From Rhizophagus irregularis (lineage: Eukaryota), in assembly GCF_026210795.1 (NCBI RefSeq), contig NC_089434.1, forward strand, positions 3,410,001-3,474,000: a stretch of 64,000 nucleotides of DNA, in the 5' to 3' direction. A program made the translations under genes and the position numbers. Position 1 is the stretch's first letter. Every line of letters starts with the position of its first letter. This document shows positions 25,739-40,124 of this stretch, in pieces. The notes beneath the pieces were generated by a model that had not been told where the DNA came from, made no database searches, and was given only the letters and a program-made list of their open reading frames with translations.

Positions 25739-27690
25739 TCGCTTTACTAAATGTTATATAATGTAGATCTTTTCTTTTTTTGTAATTTTTCTTATTTCCT
25801 AATAAAGTAATAAATTGACTTCGTTAAAAAAAAATAAAAAATAAAAACTTTTTTTTTAGTACATAATTTGAATTTTGTTGATTATTACTATAAATCATTT
25901 GAAATATAATAAAAAATTATCAAAATTCGCATATAAAAGTGGAAATTTGTTTTTTTTTAATAATTAAGGTATAGTTATTTTAGCATACTATTTTTCTTGG
26001 GTTTCTTTATATATATATATGATTTTTATAATACAAGGAGTTATTCCTTTGTCTAGTATTATGTAGTTTTCTCAAAATAACCGTTAATTAACAACCCTGC
26101 CGGATCACCAATTAAAAATTCCAACATTTTCTGACCTAACAGTAATGAAAAGCATATATCATTAGAATCCGAACCAAAAGATGTTGGCGTTGAAATAATC
26201 CTAATTTATTCATGTTAAAAATACAGTAATAATAGTATAATATGCAAGCTCTACATACCATTGAAGCTCGTTCTCGTATCGATATGCATGCAAATTCCAA
26301 AATAAAGAAATTATTGATGCAAGAAACCTGTCAAATGTACGCATAAAACAAAGTAGAAGGGTCACTAAATAAATAAAACATATTTTTGCATTAGCAGAAT
26401 TTTTTAAAAAGATATTCAAGACAAATATATATATATATAAGTTTAATATATGTTGAAGAATTTTTTGAACCCGGATTATTAATCAAACTATCATCGAGAA
26501 GTTTGATAAATTTCGTTCGTTTTGCAAAGGACTAAAGGTTCCAGCTCACCAAGAAATATTCAAAAATGCTATTAAACAAAAAATGCGAAAACAAATTTTT
26601 AAATGTGAAAATGTATGGAAAATATAAATTTCGGTAACTTTTAAAATTAAAATTTGACCTTTTACAGCAAATTTCATAATTCGGTACGTTCGGTAAATCC
26701 GGTAAAATTCAGAAACTACATATATCCCTGAGCACAGTGTTGTATTAACTGAAATTTAAGAGTTTGAACATGAATAAAGTTAATTTTTGAACAGGTTTAC
26801 TGTGGCGAAAATATGATCCATAATTGTAAACGTTAAAACATTAAAATATTATTATAAATTTTCAAACAGTGTAAAATAGAAAGATGCTTCTTAAATGTAC
26901 TTCATTTTGTTGTTTATTTGCTCTCTCAAAAATTTTATCGATTCAAACTTTATCAAATGAATATTTTTTTTTAAGCGAAACTGATTAGAAATTGTAAGGA
27001 GAAAAAATAAGTAAAACCGCAGTAACAGTATTTTAAAAATGGACAAAGAAAGTGGGAGTGAAAAATAATTTTTTTTTATTATTTTTGTTGTTAATATAAA
27101 CGCTGAAAGTATATTTATTTATAGAATGTTTATTATTTATTATTATTTACTTATTATTATTTACAAAATATAATCTAGTACAAGGGGTAGATCTGAACCT
27201 ACATATGGGCCGATTCAACACATAAAATGGATTTGGCCAATATTATCGGATATTTTAAGGGAAATTTGGCTAAAATTACGGTATTTTCGGCCAAAATTAC
27301 GGCATGTCTAACAGGTGGACAACCAGTTTTTGAGGAGACGTTAGATGATTATTATTATAACTTTATACTATCTTGCCAAAAATGATAATTTTGTAACTAA
27401 AGTAAATTTGTTACTCTTTACCATTATTGTTATATAGAAAAAAATACTTCATTGAAATTTTTAACAAAAATTTTAATAAATAACAAATTTACTACTTAAT
27501 GCATCAAATCAGCCCATATGTTTTTTTTATTTTAAAAAAAAAACCTTATAATTTTAGTTTATATGTAAATATGTGATATATATACACTTTAGTTTACAAA
27601 GTATAATCTACAAGGGGTAGATCTAAACCTATTTTTTTAAAGTTTTTTAATTTTTTTTACAATTTTAGTTTATATGTAAATACACATTTT
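25739..27690. repeat. Gene-less duplicate of the member-3 3' flank (matches 31255-32760)
   Basis: Both copies begin cgctttactaaatgttatataatgtagatcttttc and stay colinear for ~1.5 kb; this copy stops before the small gene. Confidence 0.92.
27202..27520. mobile_element. MITE with CATATGGG TIRs
   Basis: CATATGGGCCGATTCAACACATAA ... TTAATGCATCAAATCAGCCCATATG; absent from paralogous gatctaaacctattttt sites (17137, ~32690). Confidence 0.8.
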
Positions 27691-27764
27691 TAAATGGCAT
27701 CAGTTTACAAAGGGTTCATTGCTCAACACCAAAAAGTGTTGAGCAATACATGGCATTGTTTAAT

Positions 27765-28682
27765 CCTTATAAAAAAAAAATTCTTTAAAATGTACTTAAA
27801 ATATACTTATGTATTTTTTTAAAATATACTTAAAATATACTTATATATTTTTAAAATATACCTAAAATATACTTAACATTTTTTAAAATATACTTAAAAT
27901 ATACTTAAAATTGCAATTTTAAGTATATTTAAAGTATAAAATTTTGCAATTAAATTATACTTAAATTATATTTAAATTGCAATTAAGTATATTTTAAATG
28001 TAATTTAAGTATAAAATTTTATACTTTAAATATACTTAAAGGACCCCGGATATCTAATATAAAAGGACCCCGAAATATACATAAAAGGGTCAGTTCAGAG
28101 TTTGCGTATAATGAGTCAAAAAAATCATGTAGATCATTCCTTTTATGGATAATCCCAGCCAAAATAATATTTCCTAATTTAGATAATGGCTGAAATTATC
28201 GTAATTCCGGCCCTGAAAGAATGCGTATTTTGGACCACTTCTGGACCTGACCTCTACATATATATTTCGGGGTCCTAATATAAAGGTCATAATGGACTTT
28301 TGGCCAAAAACACACCTTTTTGCTGAAACTCAAAAAATCGTTTTTTGTAAATATCTCAGCATCCAGTAATTCAATTTTAATGAACTTTTTTTTATTTTGT
28401 AGCCCTCATTTAGCTCTACAATTTAAAAAAATGTTCATCAAAATTGGACCACTGGATGCCGAGATATTTACAAAAAACGATTTTTTGAGCCCCTGAAAAA
28501 TGGGCCAATCTGCCGAAAGTGTGACTTATGACCTGTTTTGGAGATATCCGGGGTCCTATACTTAAAATTGCAATTTTAAGTATATTATAAGTACATTTAA
28601 AAATTTTAAGTACATTTTAGATATATTTTAAAATATATAAGTACATTTTAAGTATATTTTAAAGAAATTTTTTTTCATAGGG
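27765..28682. mobile_element. CACTA/CMC-like element (TSD AAT) with nested Mutator-like MITEs at 28041-28556 and 28065-28275
   Basis: AAT|CCTTATAAAAAAAAAATTCTTTAAAAT...ATTTTAAAGAAATTTTTTTTCATAGGG|AAT with aaatatactt subterminal repeats; inner GGACCCCGG...CCGGGGTCC flanked by TATACTTAAA twice; innermost GGACCCCGAAATATA...TATATTTCGGGGTCC flanked by TAATATAAA. Confidence 0.88.
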
Positions 28683-31097
28683 AATACATTATACACCTGC
28701 CCAAAACTTTCTGATGCATGTAGTATTCCTCACGAGTTGAGTCAAGTCAAGTTTTGAATCAATTTTTTATATGATAAAATTTGGCCTATGCTAATTTTTA
28801 CTATATTCTTTATGTTATGCGAGTCTATGTGAGTCATTTTGATTCACATATGCAGGACACTAGATGCATGTAATAAACACATGGAAAATCAAAATTTTAA
28901 AAAGAAGAAACTGTGAACAACAAAGAGAAGAAAATAATTGAAAAAACTATAAAAAGAGAATATTACAAAGAAAATAACAAAGAAAATACAACAATTTTTG
29001 AAAAGAAAATTTAAAAAGGAGATAAAACTACTGAATTATATTGATCAACAAAAAGATCAACAAAAGCGCAGAAAATAAACCAATGAAAATTCAGATATGG
29101 AAAATCAACAATTTAGAAAAATATTTTGAAAAAGATGTAAGAAAAATCATATACCTATTATAGGAAGAGGATAAAATATCAAAACCAAGTAATTAATTAA
29201 AGAATTACCAAATAAGGAAGGAAAGTAGGTCATTAATAAATAAGGAAATTTTGAGAATACAAGGTGATACAAAGAGGTATAGTAAATTATGTGACATGGC
29301 ATAGCTGTAGCCACAGCAAAAGAATACCTGATGAAGTATAATGGAAAATATTTAACAAAGTGCAGCAAGTCAAGTAATAACACATGCTTGATTTAGTGGA
29401 TCAAGACCCAAATTTGATTCTTATTGAAGTATATAGAAATATATAGATATAGACTAGATAAATAATAGATAATAGTATTTTCATTAATTTATTTAAAATT
29501 GTGAGGTCACAATTTGTTGAAGGGGGAAAATATGTAATCAGCAGAAACCAAGCATAAATTAATGAAAACAAAAGTTGTAGGTAAAGCAGGAATTAGGAAA
29601 TTAAAGAAATGGAACTAAGGAATTAGACAGTAATGCAGATCACTCCAGGTCATGAGTATAAACTGATTCCAATATAGGATACACAAGGATATAATTGGGA
29701 AATAAGGATATGATATATAGATGATGGATACTACTCCTATGCTATTATATAAGTATAAACTGGGTATATGATGTCACTTATTACATTATAGTTCTTGAAT
29801 AGAATATTTTGTATTACCTTATTTCTGTATAAATAGGTGATCAATTTATTTTAATAAAATCAAGCTATGTTTTGAAGATGTATTCATTTTTGTTAATTAC
29901 AACTAACCTTATTTGATTTATTAACTTTCATTTCATAAAGCATGATTTGATATGGCAACTCTTATGAGAAAATCAGGCGTTTCATTGTCATCAAGACCTA
30001 GGTCCACCTTTCTAAGTAAGAAATCTCTGATTACTGATATTTCACTCACTAATTCATTATCTAATTACACAATTAGTACATTGAAATATCTAATTATGTA
30101 ACTACAAGTTAAATTAGTCATTTTTGATATGATGAAATACAATATATAATATCAGCTATATAGTTAAACTATTTTTAAGATCTGATTTGATATTTAATGT
30201 ACTAATTTGATTTGATTTATGATTTCTCATCCAACCATTTTTTTCTTTATGATAAAAGGTCAAAGTTAACAACAAAATCATCAACAACAAATTCAAGATC
30301 AACAACAACCTTGATACGCAAGATTGTGAAGACTGTGGGCAGTTGTGAAAAAACTTACGGTAAAGTGTTTCTGCACTATTTCTTTGCTAGTTAACATATC
30401 AATAAATCTGTAGTCTTTAGATTACACATGCACTTTCTTTAAAGTCATATCAGTTATTGGATCAATAACAACCATTATATCCACAATAATTTACTTGATT
30501 ACTAGATAAATGACGTATGTACAGTAACCTTAAACGGTGTCACCTGTTTCATGTAATAACATCTTTGACTTTTTTAGGAAATTAGAATGATGAATAAAAA
30601 TATGGATTCAGGTACAATAATCTTAAAGAATGAATGGAGTTGTGATACACAAATATAAATGAAAGAATAGAGTTGGGATTCGGGTTGATTGCCAAAAAAT
30701 TTGATCTTCTCTATAACAAGATTTCTGTTAAAGATAAAGAAATTGCCGTTATTAATAGAGAGATCACTGTCATCAATAGAAAGAATTCTGCTATTAAAGG
30801 TAACATTGGTGAAAAAATTCAAATGCTTAAAGTCAAGATAGACTTGTTCTACTTGACAAACAGTAAAAAAGAAGGTGGTGGAGTAATATGGAACAGAAAT
30901 AGATTTCACCACTAAGCTATGTATTATATTTTTAAAATATTCATTATATTCTTGCTAGAATGCAAATTTAATTTTATCTAGCTAACAAGATAAGAGAATT
31001 ATACTGCATGTGTTATTACTATTAATGTAAAGTAATATACTGTATGATAGGTTAAGTAAAAATGAAGAATCATTTGTATTAAAACATAATGTATTTA

Positions 31098-31257
31098 GCG
31101 GGCCTGGTATGAAATCTCGACAGGTACGAAATCCCGAACTCTAATGCTGGTCGAACACATCGCGTGACTCTGCATAATTCTGCATAACGCGGGCCATTTG
31201 TCGGGATTTCGTACCATTCGGGATTTTGGACCGTCGAGATTTTGTACGGATCCCCGC
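31098..31257. mobile_element. Short palindromic MITE at the duplication junction
   Basis: Inverted arms containing aaatctcgac / gtcgagattt and ggtacgaaatcccga / tcgggatttcgtacc. Confidence 0.75.
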
Positions 31258-32651
31258 TTTACTAAATGTTATATAATGTAGATCTTTTCTTTTTTGTAAT
31301 TTTTCTTATTTCCTAATAAAGTAATAAAATGACTTCGTTATAAAAAATAAATAAATTTTGTTGATTATTACTATCATAAGTCATTTGAAATATAATAAAA
31401 AGTTAACAAAATTCGCATATAAAAGTGGAAATTTGTGTTTTTTTTAATAATTAAGGTATCATACCATTTTTTCTTGGATTTTTTTTACATATACTGTATA
31501 TATGATTTTTATAATACAAGGAGTTATTCCTTTGTCTAGTATTATGTAGTTTTCTCAAAATAACCGTTAATTAACAACCCTGCCAGATCGGCAATTAAAA
31601 ATTCCTACATTTTCTGACCTAACAGTAATGAAAAGCAAGGTAAACTTGTATATCATTAGAATCCGAACCAAAAGATGTTGGCGTTAAAATAATCCTAATT
31701 TATTCATGTTAAAAAAATACAGTAATAATAGTATAATATGCAAGATGTACATACCATTGAAGCTCGTTCCCGTATTGATATGCATGCAAATTCCAAAATA
31801 AAGAAATTATTAATGCAAGAAACCTGTCAAATGTACGCATAAAACAAAGTAGAAATAAATAAAACATATTTTTGCATTAGCGGAATTTTTTAAAAGATAT
31901 TCAAGACAAAAATATATAAATATATATATAATATATGTTGAAGAATTTTTTGAACTCGGATTATTAATCAAACTATCGAGAAGTTTGATAAATTTCGTTC
32001 GTTTTGCAAAGGACTAAAGGTTCCAGCTCACCAAGAAATATTCAAAAATGCTATTAAACAAAAAATGAGAAAACAAATTTTTAAATGTGAAAATGTATGG
32101 AAAATATAAAATTAGTTTATTTAAAAATTTATTTCAGTAACTTTTAAAATTAAAATTTTACCTTTTGCAGCAAATGTCATAACTCGGTACGTTCAGTAAA
32201 CCCGGTAAAATTCAGAAACTACATATATCCCTGAGCACAGTGTTGTAATTTTTATTTCCCTTAACTGAAATTTAAGAGTTTTGAACATGAACAAAGTTAA
32301 TTTTTGAACAGGTTTACTGCGGCAAAAATATGATCAACGTTAAACCATTATAAATTTTAAACAGTGTAAAATAGAAAGATGCTTCTTAAATGTACCTCAT
32401 TTTTGTTGTTATTTGCTCTCTCAAAAATTTTATCGATTCAAACTTTATCAAATGAATATTTTTTTTTTTAAGCGAAACTGATTAGAAATTGTAAGGAGAA
32501 AAAATAAGTAAAACTGCAGTAACAGTATTTTAAAAATGGACAAAAAAAGTGGGAGTGGAAAATAATTTTTTTTTATTATTTTTGTTGTTAATATAAACGC
32601 CGAAAGTATATTTATTTATAGAATATTTATTATTTATTATTATTTACTTAT

Positions 32652-33030
32652 TATTATTTACTTACAAAATATAATCTACAAGGGGCAGATCTAAACCTAT
32701 ATTTTTTAAGTTTTTAATTTAAAAAAAAAAAACCTTATAATTTTTGTTTATATGTAAATATGTGATATATACACTGAGTAATTATTTACTTACAAAATAT
32801 AATCTACAAGGGGGGTAGATCTAAACCTATTTTTTTAAGTTTTTTAATTTTTAAAAAAAAAAACCTTATAATTTTTGTTTATTAGTTATATATAAATATA
32901 CACTTTAGTTAATTATTTACTTACAAAATATAATCTACAAGGGGTAGATCTAAACCTATTTTTTTTTTGTTTTTAATTTAAAAAAAAAAAAACTTATAAT
33001 TTTTAGTTTATATGTAAATATGTGATATAT
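32652..33030. repeat. Three tandem ~125-bp units
   Basis: ttatttacttacaaaatataatctacaagggg(t/c)agatctaaaccta at ~32654, ~32783, ~32914; single copy at 6610 and 17120, two at 27170 and 27600. Confidence 0.85.
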
Positions 33031-34110
33031 ACATTATATGTGATATATAAACTATAATGTGATTTATTCGATTTTTCTTTTTTCAGTTACCAATTCTAGT
33101 TGCATTAAATTAAAATTCCTTTGAATTATTTTTCAAGCCATTTATACTTTTCCGGCACATGAAAGGATTTTTAGGTTAGAATAAATGTGATAAACATGAA
33201 CTATGATGTTTAAATATTTCATCACTTTCTAATAACGTATCATATCTAAAGGGATCGCCATTTAGCATGTCATGTTGCGTCATCATACATCCTGTACAAA
33301 ACAAATATTTCGTTTTTTTTTTTCAATGATTCAAAAGAGATCTTTTTTGTTCCATGTATAGTATAGTAACTGGACTGATATTGATATTATTTTAAACTAT
33401 AATTATAAAGTACTTTAGATTAATAAATAAATAAAAAAAAAACGCGAGAATTTTTTTTTTAAAAAAAGAATTTTTTTAAATGGAAAAAACTTTTTTATTT
33501 TTGCACACTTTTCTTTCATTCTTTATAAAATGACGTAGTCTTTGTAAATAATTTTATTTATTTTATACAATTAAATTTGTTAATGATCGACGCAGAAAAA
33601 AAAAAACGAAAAAACGTTATTCCATATAATGAATTATTAACTTATAATAAAAAGAGGTAATATGAAAAAGAACTCGGTTTTGATTTTTTTTTTTTATTAT
33701 TTAATCTTTTGCCAATTTTTTTTTGCTCAAAAACTATGGTTTAAAACAATCAAACATTAACGACAATAGTCTATTAATAGAAGATAAAAAACGTTCTATA
33801 TAACGAATTATTTATATTTAATTTATAATAAAAAGGGGTAATACGGAAAAGAACACAGATTTTTTTTTTTTATTTAATCTTTTGCCAAATATTTTTGCCA
33901 ATCTCTTTCAAAAATTCAAAAATTAGCCGCCATTGAAGTTTATTGATGATCATTGCGCAGGAAAATTTATTATGTATCGATTGTAAGTTATTAAAATAAA
34001 TATCGTAAATTTGTTGTTCGTTTTATACGTTTGTCATAATCAGATTTTCAGATTTTGTATTCTATTTAATTGATAACGAAATTCGAGTTATAGAAACGAA
34101 AGGGAATTAA

Positions 34111-34374
34111 TCAGAAGGTCGATCCATTGAAAATTTGACACGTAAGTAAATTATTCGAAATTTGTGTTGGGTATTGTGTTGGATTTAATGCATACGGTTT
34201 ATGCCTCAATTCTCGTCTACTCCTACGAGCACGAATATAATGTGATTTGTGAGATTTAGCTGAAACATCAAGTCGATTATTCTCTTCGAAATTATTGAGT
34301 GTGTTAGATGTATCTAAAATTTCACAACATTCTGCTGTTTGAGTATCGGATTTACGGTGATCTTGTTGATCCAT
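34111..34374 (-). CDS. Small basic protein, family member 3 (87 aa, divergent)
   Basis: YIRARRSRRELRHKPY and C-terminal QIFNGSTF align with the other members; flanks homologous to members 1 and 2. Confidence 0.78.
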   Translation of the reverse strand: MDQQDHRKSDTQTAECCEILDTSNTLNNFEENNRLDVSAKSHKSHYIRARRSRRELRHKPYALNPTQYPTQISNNLLTCQIFNGSTF

Positions 34375-37329
34375 TTAAAATGTACTGTATATGTTATATT
34401 GTTTCGATAATATATAGTATCTAACTATATATCTTTTCTTTGATATAGAAACTTTATTATTAGAGAAGAACTAATAAAAATAGTAAAAGTATAAATAAAA
34501 ATATATACTTTTACTAAAGAAAAAAATTAAGGAAAGAAAAAAAAGCAGAAAAAAAAAGCAGAAAAAAAAATTTTTTTTTGTTTTTTTTTTGTTTTTTTTT
34601 TAGTTGTTTAGAGGAAAAATGTGAAGGGGGGAGGGGATTTTGCTGTATTTTTATAATCCTTGATCGAATTTTTTTTTTCATTTAAACTGGAATGTATATA
34701 TATATATATATTTCATTTAAACTGGAAAGTATATAATCGAATATAATTTATAAAATAAAACAAATCTCTCTCTTTTTTTTTTTTTAATTGCATAATTTTA
34801 ATTTTTATTCATTCAATAATACTTTAATAAATAAAAAATTTTTTATATTGAATATATATTGGGATTTCAATATTTATTCATTCTTTAGTAGAACTGTAAA
34901 AGATTTTTTTTTAATATTTTTTTTTTTTTTTAACATAAACAAAAAAAAAAATCTTTTTTCCCCTTTTCGTTAACAAACTTGCAAAATGACTTGAACCCGA
35001 GTATATAAAAAATTGGTTACAAAAAGGAATTTCTTTTTCAATTACTTTTTAACCGAGTATATAAAAAATTGTTTACAAAAAGGGTTAAATACGGTTTATT
35101 ACTTTAACAGGGTTAGCACTTTTAAGCAGGGTTTAATGATTTTCCACAAAACAACAAAACAAGTTAATAAGTGAATACAAAATAAATTTTTTTACAGATT
35201 TATTTATTTTATTTATTTTAAAAGATTTCTTTCTATATGGAATATTTTGGGTGAGGAAAAAAAAAAAATTTTTTTTTTTAAAGTTTTATAACGGATATTT
35301 ATTTAATTCATTATTAATATTATATTTTTTTATATATTATTATTGTATATTTCATATTAATTGTATTCTTTATATATTATTTATTATATTGTATATTAAC
35401 ATTATATTGTTACAGTATATTTTAGTATATTTTATGAATTACTATAAAAATACTTGTAAGGGGGTAACCGGTAATTAACGAAACGGGTTACTTAACTGTA
35501 TTTGTTTACATCCATTCCATAATGGTTAATTTTCATATGTTAATAAAACTTTACTTACTATTATTCATTTTTAACGTTTTTTATTTTATTTTTTTTTTTA
35601 ATGTGATATTGGGTAAAATATTCTTTCATTTTTTATAAGTGAATCCTTTTTCTATTCTCTAAAATAAAATGGATAATAAAATAATTTATTATTTTGTATT
35701 CATTGAGCGTGGGTTTTTAGTATTGACTTTAATACTGAGCACACATTATGCAATGACATACTTTAAGTATCACAATATAATATAAAAGGATCTTTCAACA
35801 AAGCCAAGTAAATTAAGAAGTATGCCCATAATTCGAATATTTATTATGATGAAAAAAAAAAATTTTAATTTTTTTTTTTTTTTTTTTTAATCATGAAACT
35901 AAATTATTAATATTACTTCTATTATTTCCTACATTTGGCGTCATTCTTCCCAAACAACCGTTTTCGTTATAGAACATTCTACAATACTTTATTATAAAAA
36001 AACGCGCAAAAACTTTATTTATTTTATTTTTTTTTTAGAAAGCTTTTAAACCTTTGATTTACTTTAAAAGAAAAAATAAAATCAAGCAAGATAAAGTTAG
36101 ACTTTTTTTTTAAAAAAAAAAAAAGAAAATATTCTTTATCGAATATTACAAATAAATGTTCCTTGTGCAAATGTTTTTATTTTTAATAAAGTTTATGTAT
36201 ATTTTACGTGAAGAATTCCGTGAAAGAAGTTATTAGAAAAATAAAAAAAAAACCGGGAAATGATATATTATGATTATTATAGTACTTCGAAGTCTTTCAA
36301 GTTCAAATAAATATTAACCGCAGTTAAAAACGTTACATTTAAAAAGATTTAAAAAGGAAAAAGGTCACACTAATTTTGTGTATAAAAAAAGGTGATAATA
36401 ACAATAACTTAAATTAAAATATACAAAGGAATATTTATTAACTTCCCAAAATTTTATCACGCCCTTAAAAAAAACCAGTGGTGATCTACTTGTTAATCCC
36501 TTGTATAAATTAGGTAATAAAGATAAAGTGAAAATAACAATATACTTCATATATTATTATTATTATTATTAATTGTTTTTATCATTATTATATATATTGA
36601 TATTATATAATTTACATAAAAATTTTTTAATGTATCATACAAAAAAAAAAATTTTTTATCATTATATAAGATTTTGCTAACTTGCCCCTGGGTTAAAAAT
36701 AACCTGGGTTAAAGCACCCCCTAAAATTTATAATATTTTTTTTTTTTAAACAATTATTTGTGTTATTATTCATTTCACTTTATATAGATTTTTATTTGTT
36801 TGGATATTATAGAGCATGATGACCAAGTTTTCTTTACATTTTTGACAATGTCTCTCATAATCATAATTTACATTTTTTTTTTGAAAATTTGGGCAAAATT
36901 ATATAATTATATAAAATTTACTAATAGGTTAAATCACCCACCCTGGGTTAAAATTAGTCTTATACTATATAGAACACCTTTTTAATGTGTATCGTATAAA
37001 AAAAATTTTTTTAAACCATAATTTGATTGACAAATTTACCCCAAAAAAATTTCACCCACGTGATTTTGTGGTGTTCGGACATGAAAAATTGAAAAAGTCG
37101 AAAAAAAAGAAAAACTGATATTTTCCTTTAACATATTAATCATTTTATTACTTTTACAATAAATACACTTGAAAATAAACCCATTTCACTTTATTAAATT
37201 TAATTTTAATAAATAAATCATTTATATTCTTACTTTTAGAATAATATAATATTATTGATATTTATACTATTTTAAAAAATGCTAATTATCCCATAAATAT
37301 TACAGATAATTTAATAACTAAGTAATCCC

Positions 37330-37760
37330 ACACCTGCTAACAACTTTACTTAATCTCCAAAGGCTTGTTTCATTTAACAAAAGTACCAAAATTACGCTGT
37401 AAAGTGAAAAAATCAACCGCGCACGGCACAATAATTTCCATACAAAATATTCATACTTTGTGCTTTTGTGTGTCTAGAACTACGCCTTACTGTGCCTTAA
37501 GTTCTCAAGATATTTAATAAAAATTTAATATTTGAGTGGTTTCATATCTGCTAAACAACTTTGTCTAAGCTACCTAAACCAATTACATTTAGCTAAAGTC
37601 CTGACATTACACTACAACAAACAAATGCGACTCAATAATTTTTTTTAAAAACGGCAATATTTTCACAAAAATAATATACATGCTTGTTAAATAACTTTCT
37701 TCAAGCGCTCAAACCCTTGTTTCATTTAGCTAAAACATCCAAATTAATATTACAAAATCT
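37330..37760. repeat. Three degenerate direct repeats, probably transposon-derived
   Basis: ctgctaaacaacttt...cattta(a/g)c(a/t)aaa(g/a)...atta at ~37334, ~37548, ~37684. Confidence 0.5.
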
Positions 37761-39310
37761 ATAAAAAAGCGCGTTTATTGTAAATAAAAATTAATCATAC
37801 TAGCTTTATAACAATATTCTACACTTAAACTTTTCAAAAATATTTAATTTATTTTATTGTTTGAAGGATTTTTATTTTAACGTGAAAAAAGTGGAGAGGA
37901 GAGAAATAGTGAAAGTCACGTGAGAGTGGAATACAACGATGATCTCGTGCTGCTATATCTTAGGTTTCAAATATCACTTTATATGCACTTTTTACCATTT
38001 CAGTTTTAATACGATATAGTTTAGAATTTAGGTCACGCCTCTAAATTTTTAATAACAGGCAGGACGACTCCGCTAAGGGGATTGGGTTTTATAACGTTAT
38101 GTATATTTTAGCTTACCATTTGTAATGGTAATAACTAACAGGGGTTTCCCCCAGTCTATGTCTATATCATAAAATAAATAAAAAAAATATGCACTTTTTA
38201 TCTTTTAACAATTTTAAAATCTGCAAAAAAAAATGCATGATAAGGTACGGTCATCATAATCACCAGTTTATAAAATGGTAACAGCATATTTAAATTAGCC
38301 TGCCTTGCTTGATTGTTTATCATAATAATTATGCAGGTCCCCTTTGCTAATATACTAAATATGTCTTTCAAAGAGAAATTTAAAATATATATTTTATGTG
38401 TAGTTAATAAATAGAACAATATTAGTGTTCAGTCATTCAGGAATTTCTCCGTCAAGGCGTCAACTCTGCATTCGAAAGTTAAAATGAGAGGCACAGACCG
38501 CTACACAAACAATGTCCATTATATCTTACCAAAAAAAAAAATATTTTACGTTAACACTAGTACTACATTTTGGTACAAAAAATATTTGATAATGTTCGAT
38601 CAAAATACGAAAAACTTTAATAAACAAAATTACAAACAACCTTTCTTCTTTTTCTTATCTTTATTTTATTTTATCTATTTTAATTTATTTTATTTTATTC
38701 TATTCTACTTTGTTCTTTCCTAGTATTCTAAAACTTCTGCTGGGAAAGTAAAAGGTGAAATTTAGGGATATTTTTATTATCATTTTTGTTGTCAAAGGTT
38801 ATTATTAGAAAATTCTAGGTTTATTTTTTAATCCAATTAGATTTAAGAATTCTGAGTCAGTGGGAATTTGGTTAATTATTTAGTAATCGTGTGAATGAAT
38901 GTAGCATAGCCTCTAATCTGCTTACGTTATTAATTGAGCATAAATAGAAAACAAGGAAAATCCCCATTTATCTTCATTTGCCGCAGTTTGTTATCATAAA
39001 TAACAATAGTACATACAATATATATATATACACACATATACCGAAACATTATTATTATTATTTTATGCTACACTTTCATTTTTATGCGGATACTGTATAA
39101 GTATTTATATTTATATATACAAGTATTTATACTATTGACACAAGGCACAACGTCATCAGCATACAAATGTACATACAGTACACATACATATATGCCCTAT
39201 TCGTTTTTTAAGGGTGTACTATTTTTAGTTTACGTTATCTATTGTTCTTATTATATACTTGATTTTATAAAAATCAAAGTTTTTTTTTTCCCTTTCTTTT
39301 AAAATTTAAG

Positions 39311-39509
39311 CCCTATAAAAAATTTTTATCCGAATATTTCCATTATTTCTCCGTGTCTTCCGTAAAAATTCCGTGAAAATGATACATTCACGGATATCCG
39401 TGTTAGCGAGATGAAAATTTCCATGATTTAAGGCTATAAATTCCATTAAAATGATACATTCACGGAAAAAACATGGAAAGATAAAACACGGATCAGATTT
39501 TTTACAGGG
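39311..39509. mobile_element. CACTA/CMC-like MITE, TSD AAG
   Basis: AAG|CCCTATAAAAAATTTTTATCCG ... CGGATCAGATTTTTTACAGGG|AAG; same family as 13830-14004. Confidence 0.85.
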
Positions 39510-39927
39510 AAGTAATCACTTGCTATTATAGTTAATAAAGAAAAATTCGCCCCTAAAATCAAATTTCATAAAAATTCTATTAAAGCGTTATCATATTACT
39601 TTGTCAATTGTTAAAGATAATAGGCAGAATTTCATTCATGCGCGAATTCCTTGTCTTTGTTCATTCTGTGTAATAATATTACCAATTAAATAATACAAAA
39701 TGGGGGATATCTAAAAAAAAATTTAAAATCATCACAAAGTATCAAACTAATTTTTTTTTTTTAAAAAAAATAGTTTATACTTTATATAGTAATTGAACAA
39801 GTGTATTTTTTTTTATTAAATATTCATTGAGACGCAGTTTGTCATACATAATAATAACTGTTAATAATAATCAATCAATCAATTAAATTAATTAAATTAT
39901 ATCTATATTACTGTATATCATAATTTT

Positions 39928-40053
39928 TTATTGTCCGGAAGCGAAAGCGGAGGACTATATACTGTATGTTTATGAAATGTAAACCCGATAATATCACTTA
40001 CGAGGTAGTATAAAATTTTTTGTTCCAGACTTACAACGGTTTCCGTTTCCTAG
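39928..40053 (+). mobile_element. Possible short Helitron/Helentron-type element
   Basis: 5' GC hairpin gtcc..gc-gaaa-gc..ggac; 3' aacgg-ttt-ccgtt hairpin followed by CTAG|T. Confidence 0.4.
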
Positions 40054-40124
40054 TATATATTATAAAGATTAAATTAATATTATTAAGATTAAATTAAATT
40101 AATTTTCAATAGGTCTTAATAATA

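Noticed and set aside
30574..30915. Overlapping 112-aa (-) and 80-aa (+) ORFs
   Set aside because: Within decayed sequence, no recognisable domain or gene structure.
38060..38155. Possible structured ncRNA (ttaccatt-tgt-aatggtaa, ggggtttcccc)
   Set aside because: Only two short hairpins, single copy here, no family signature.
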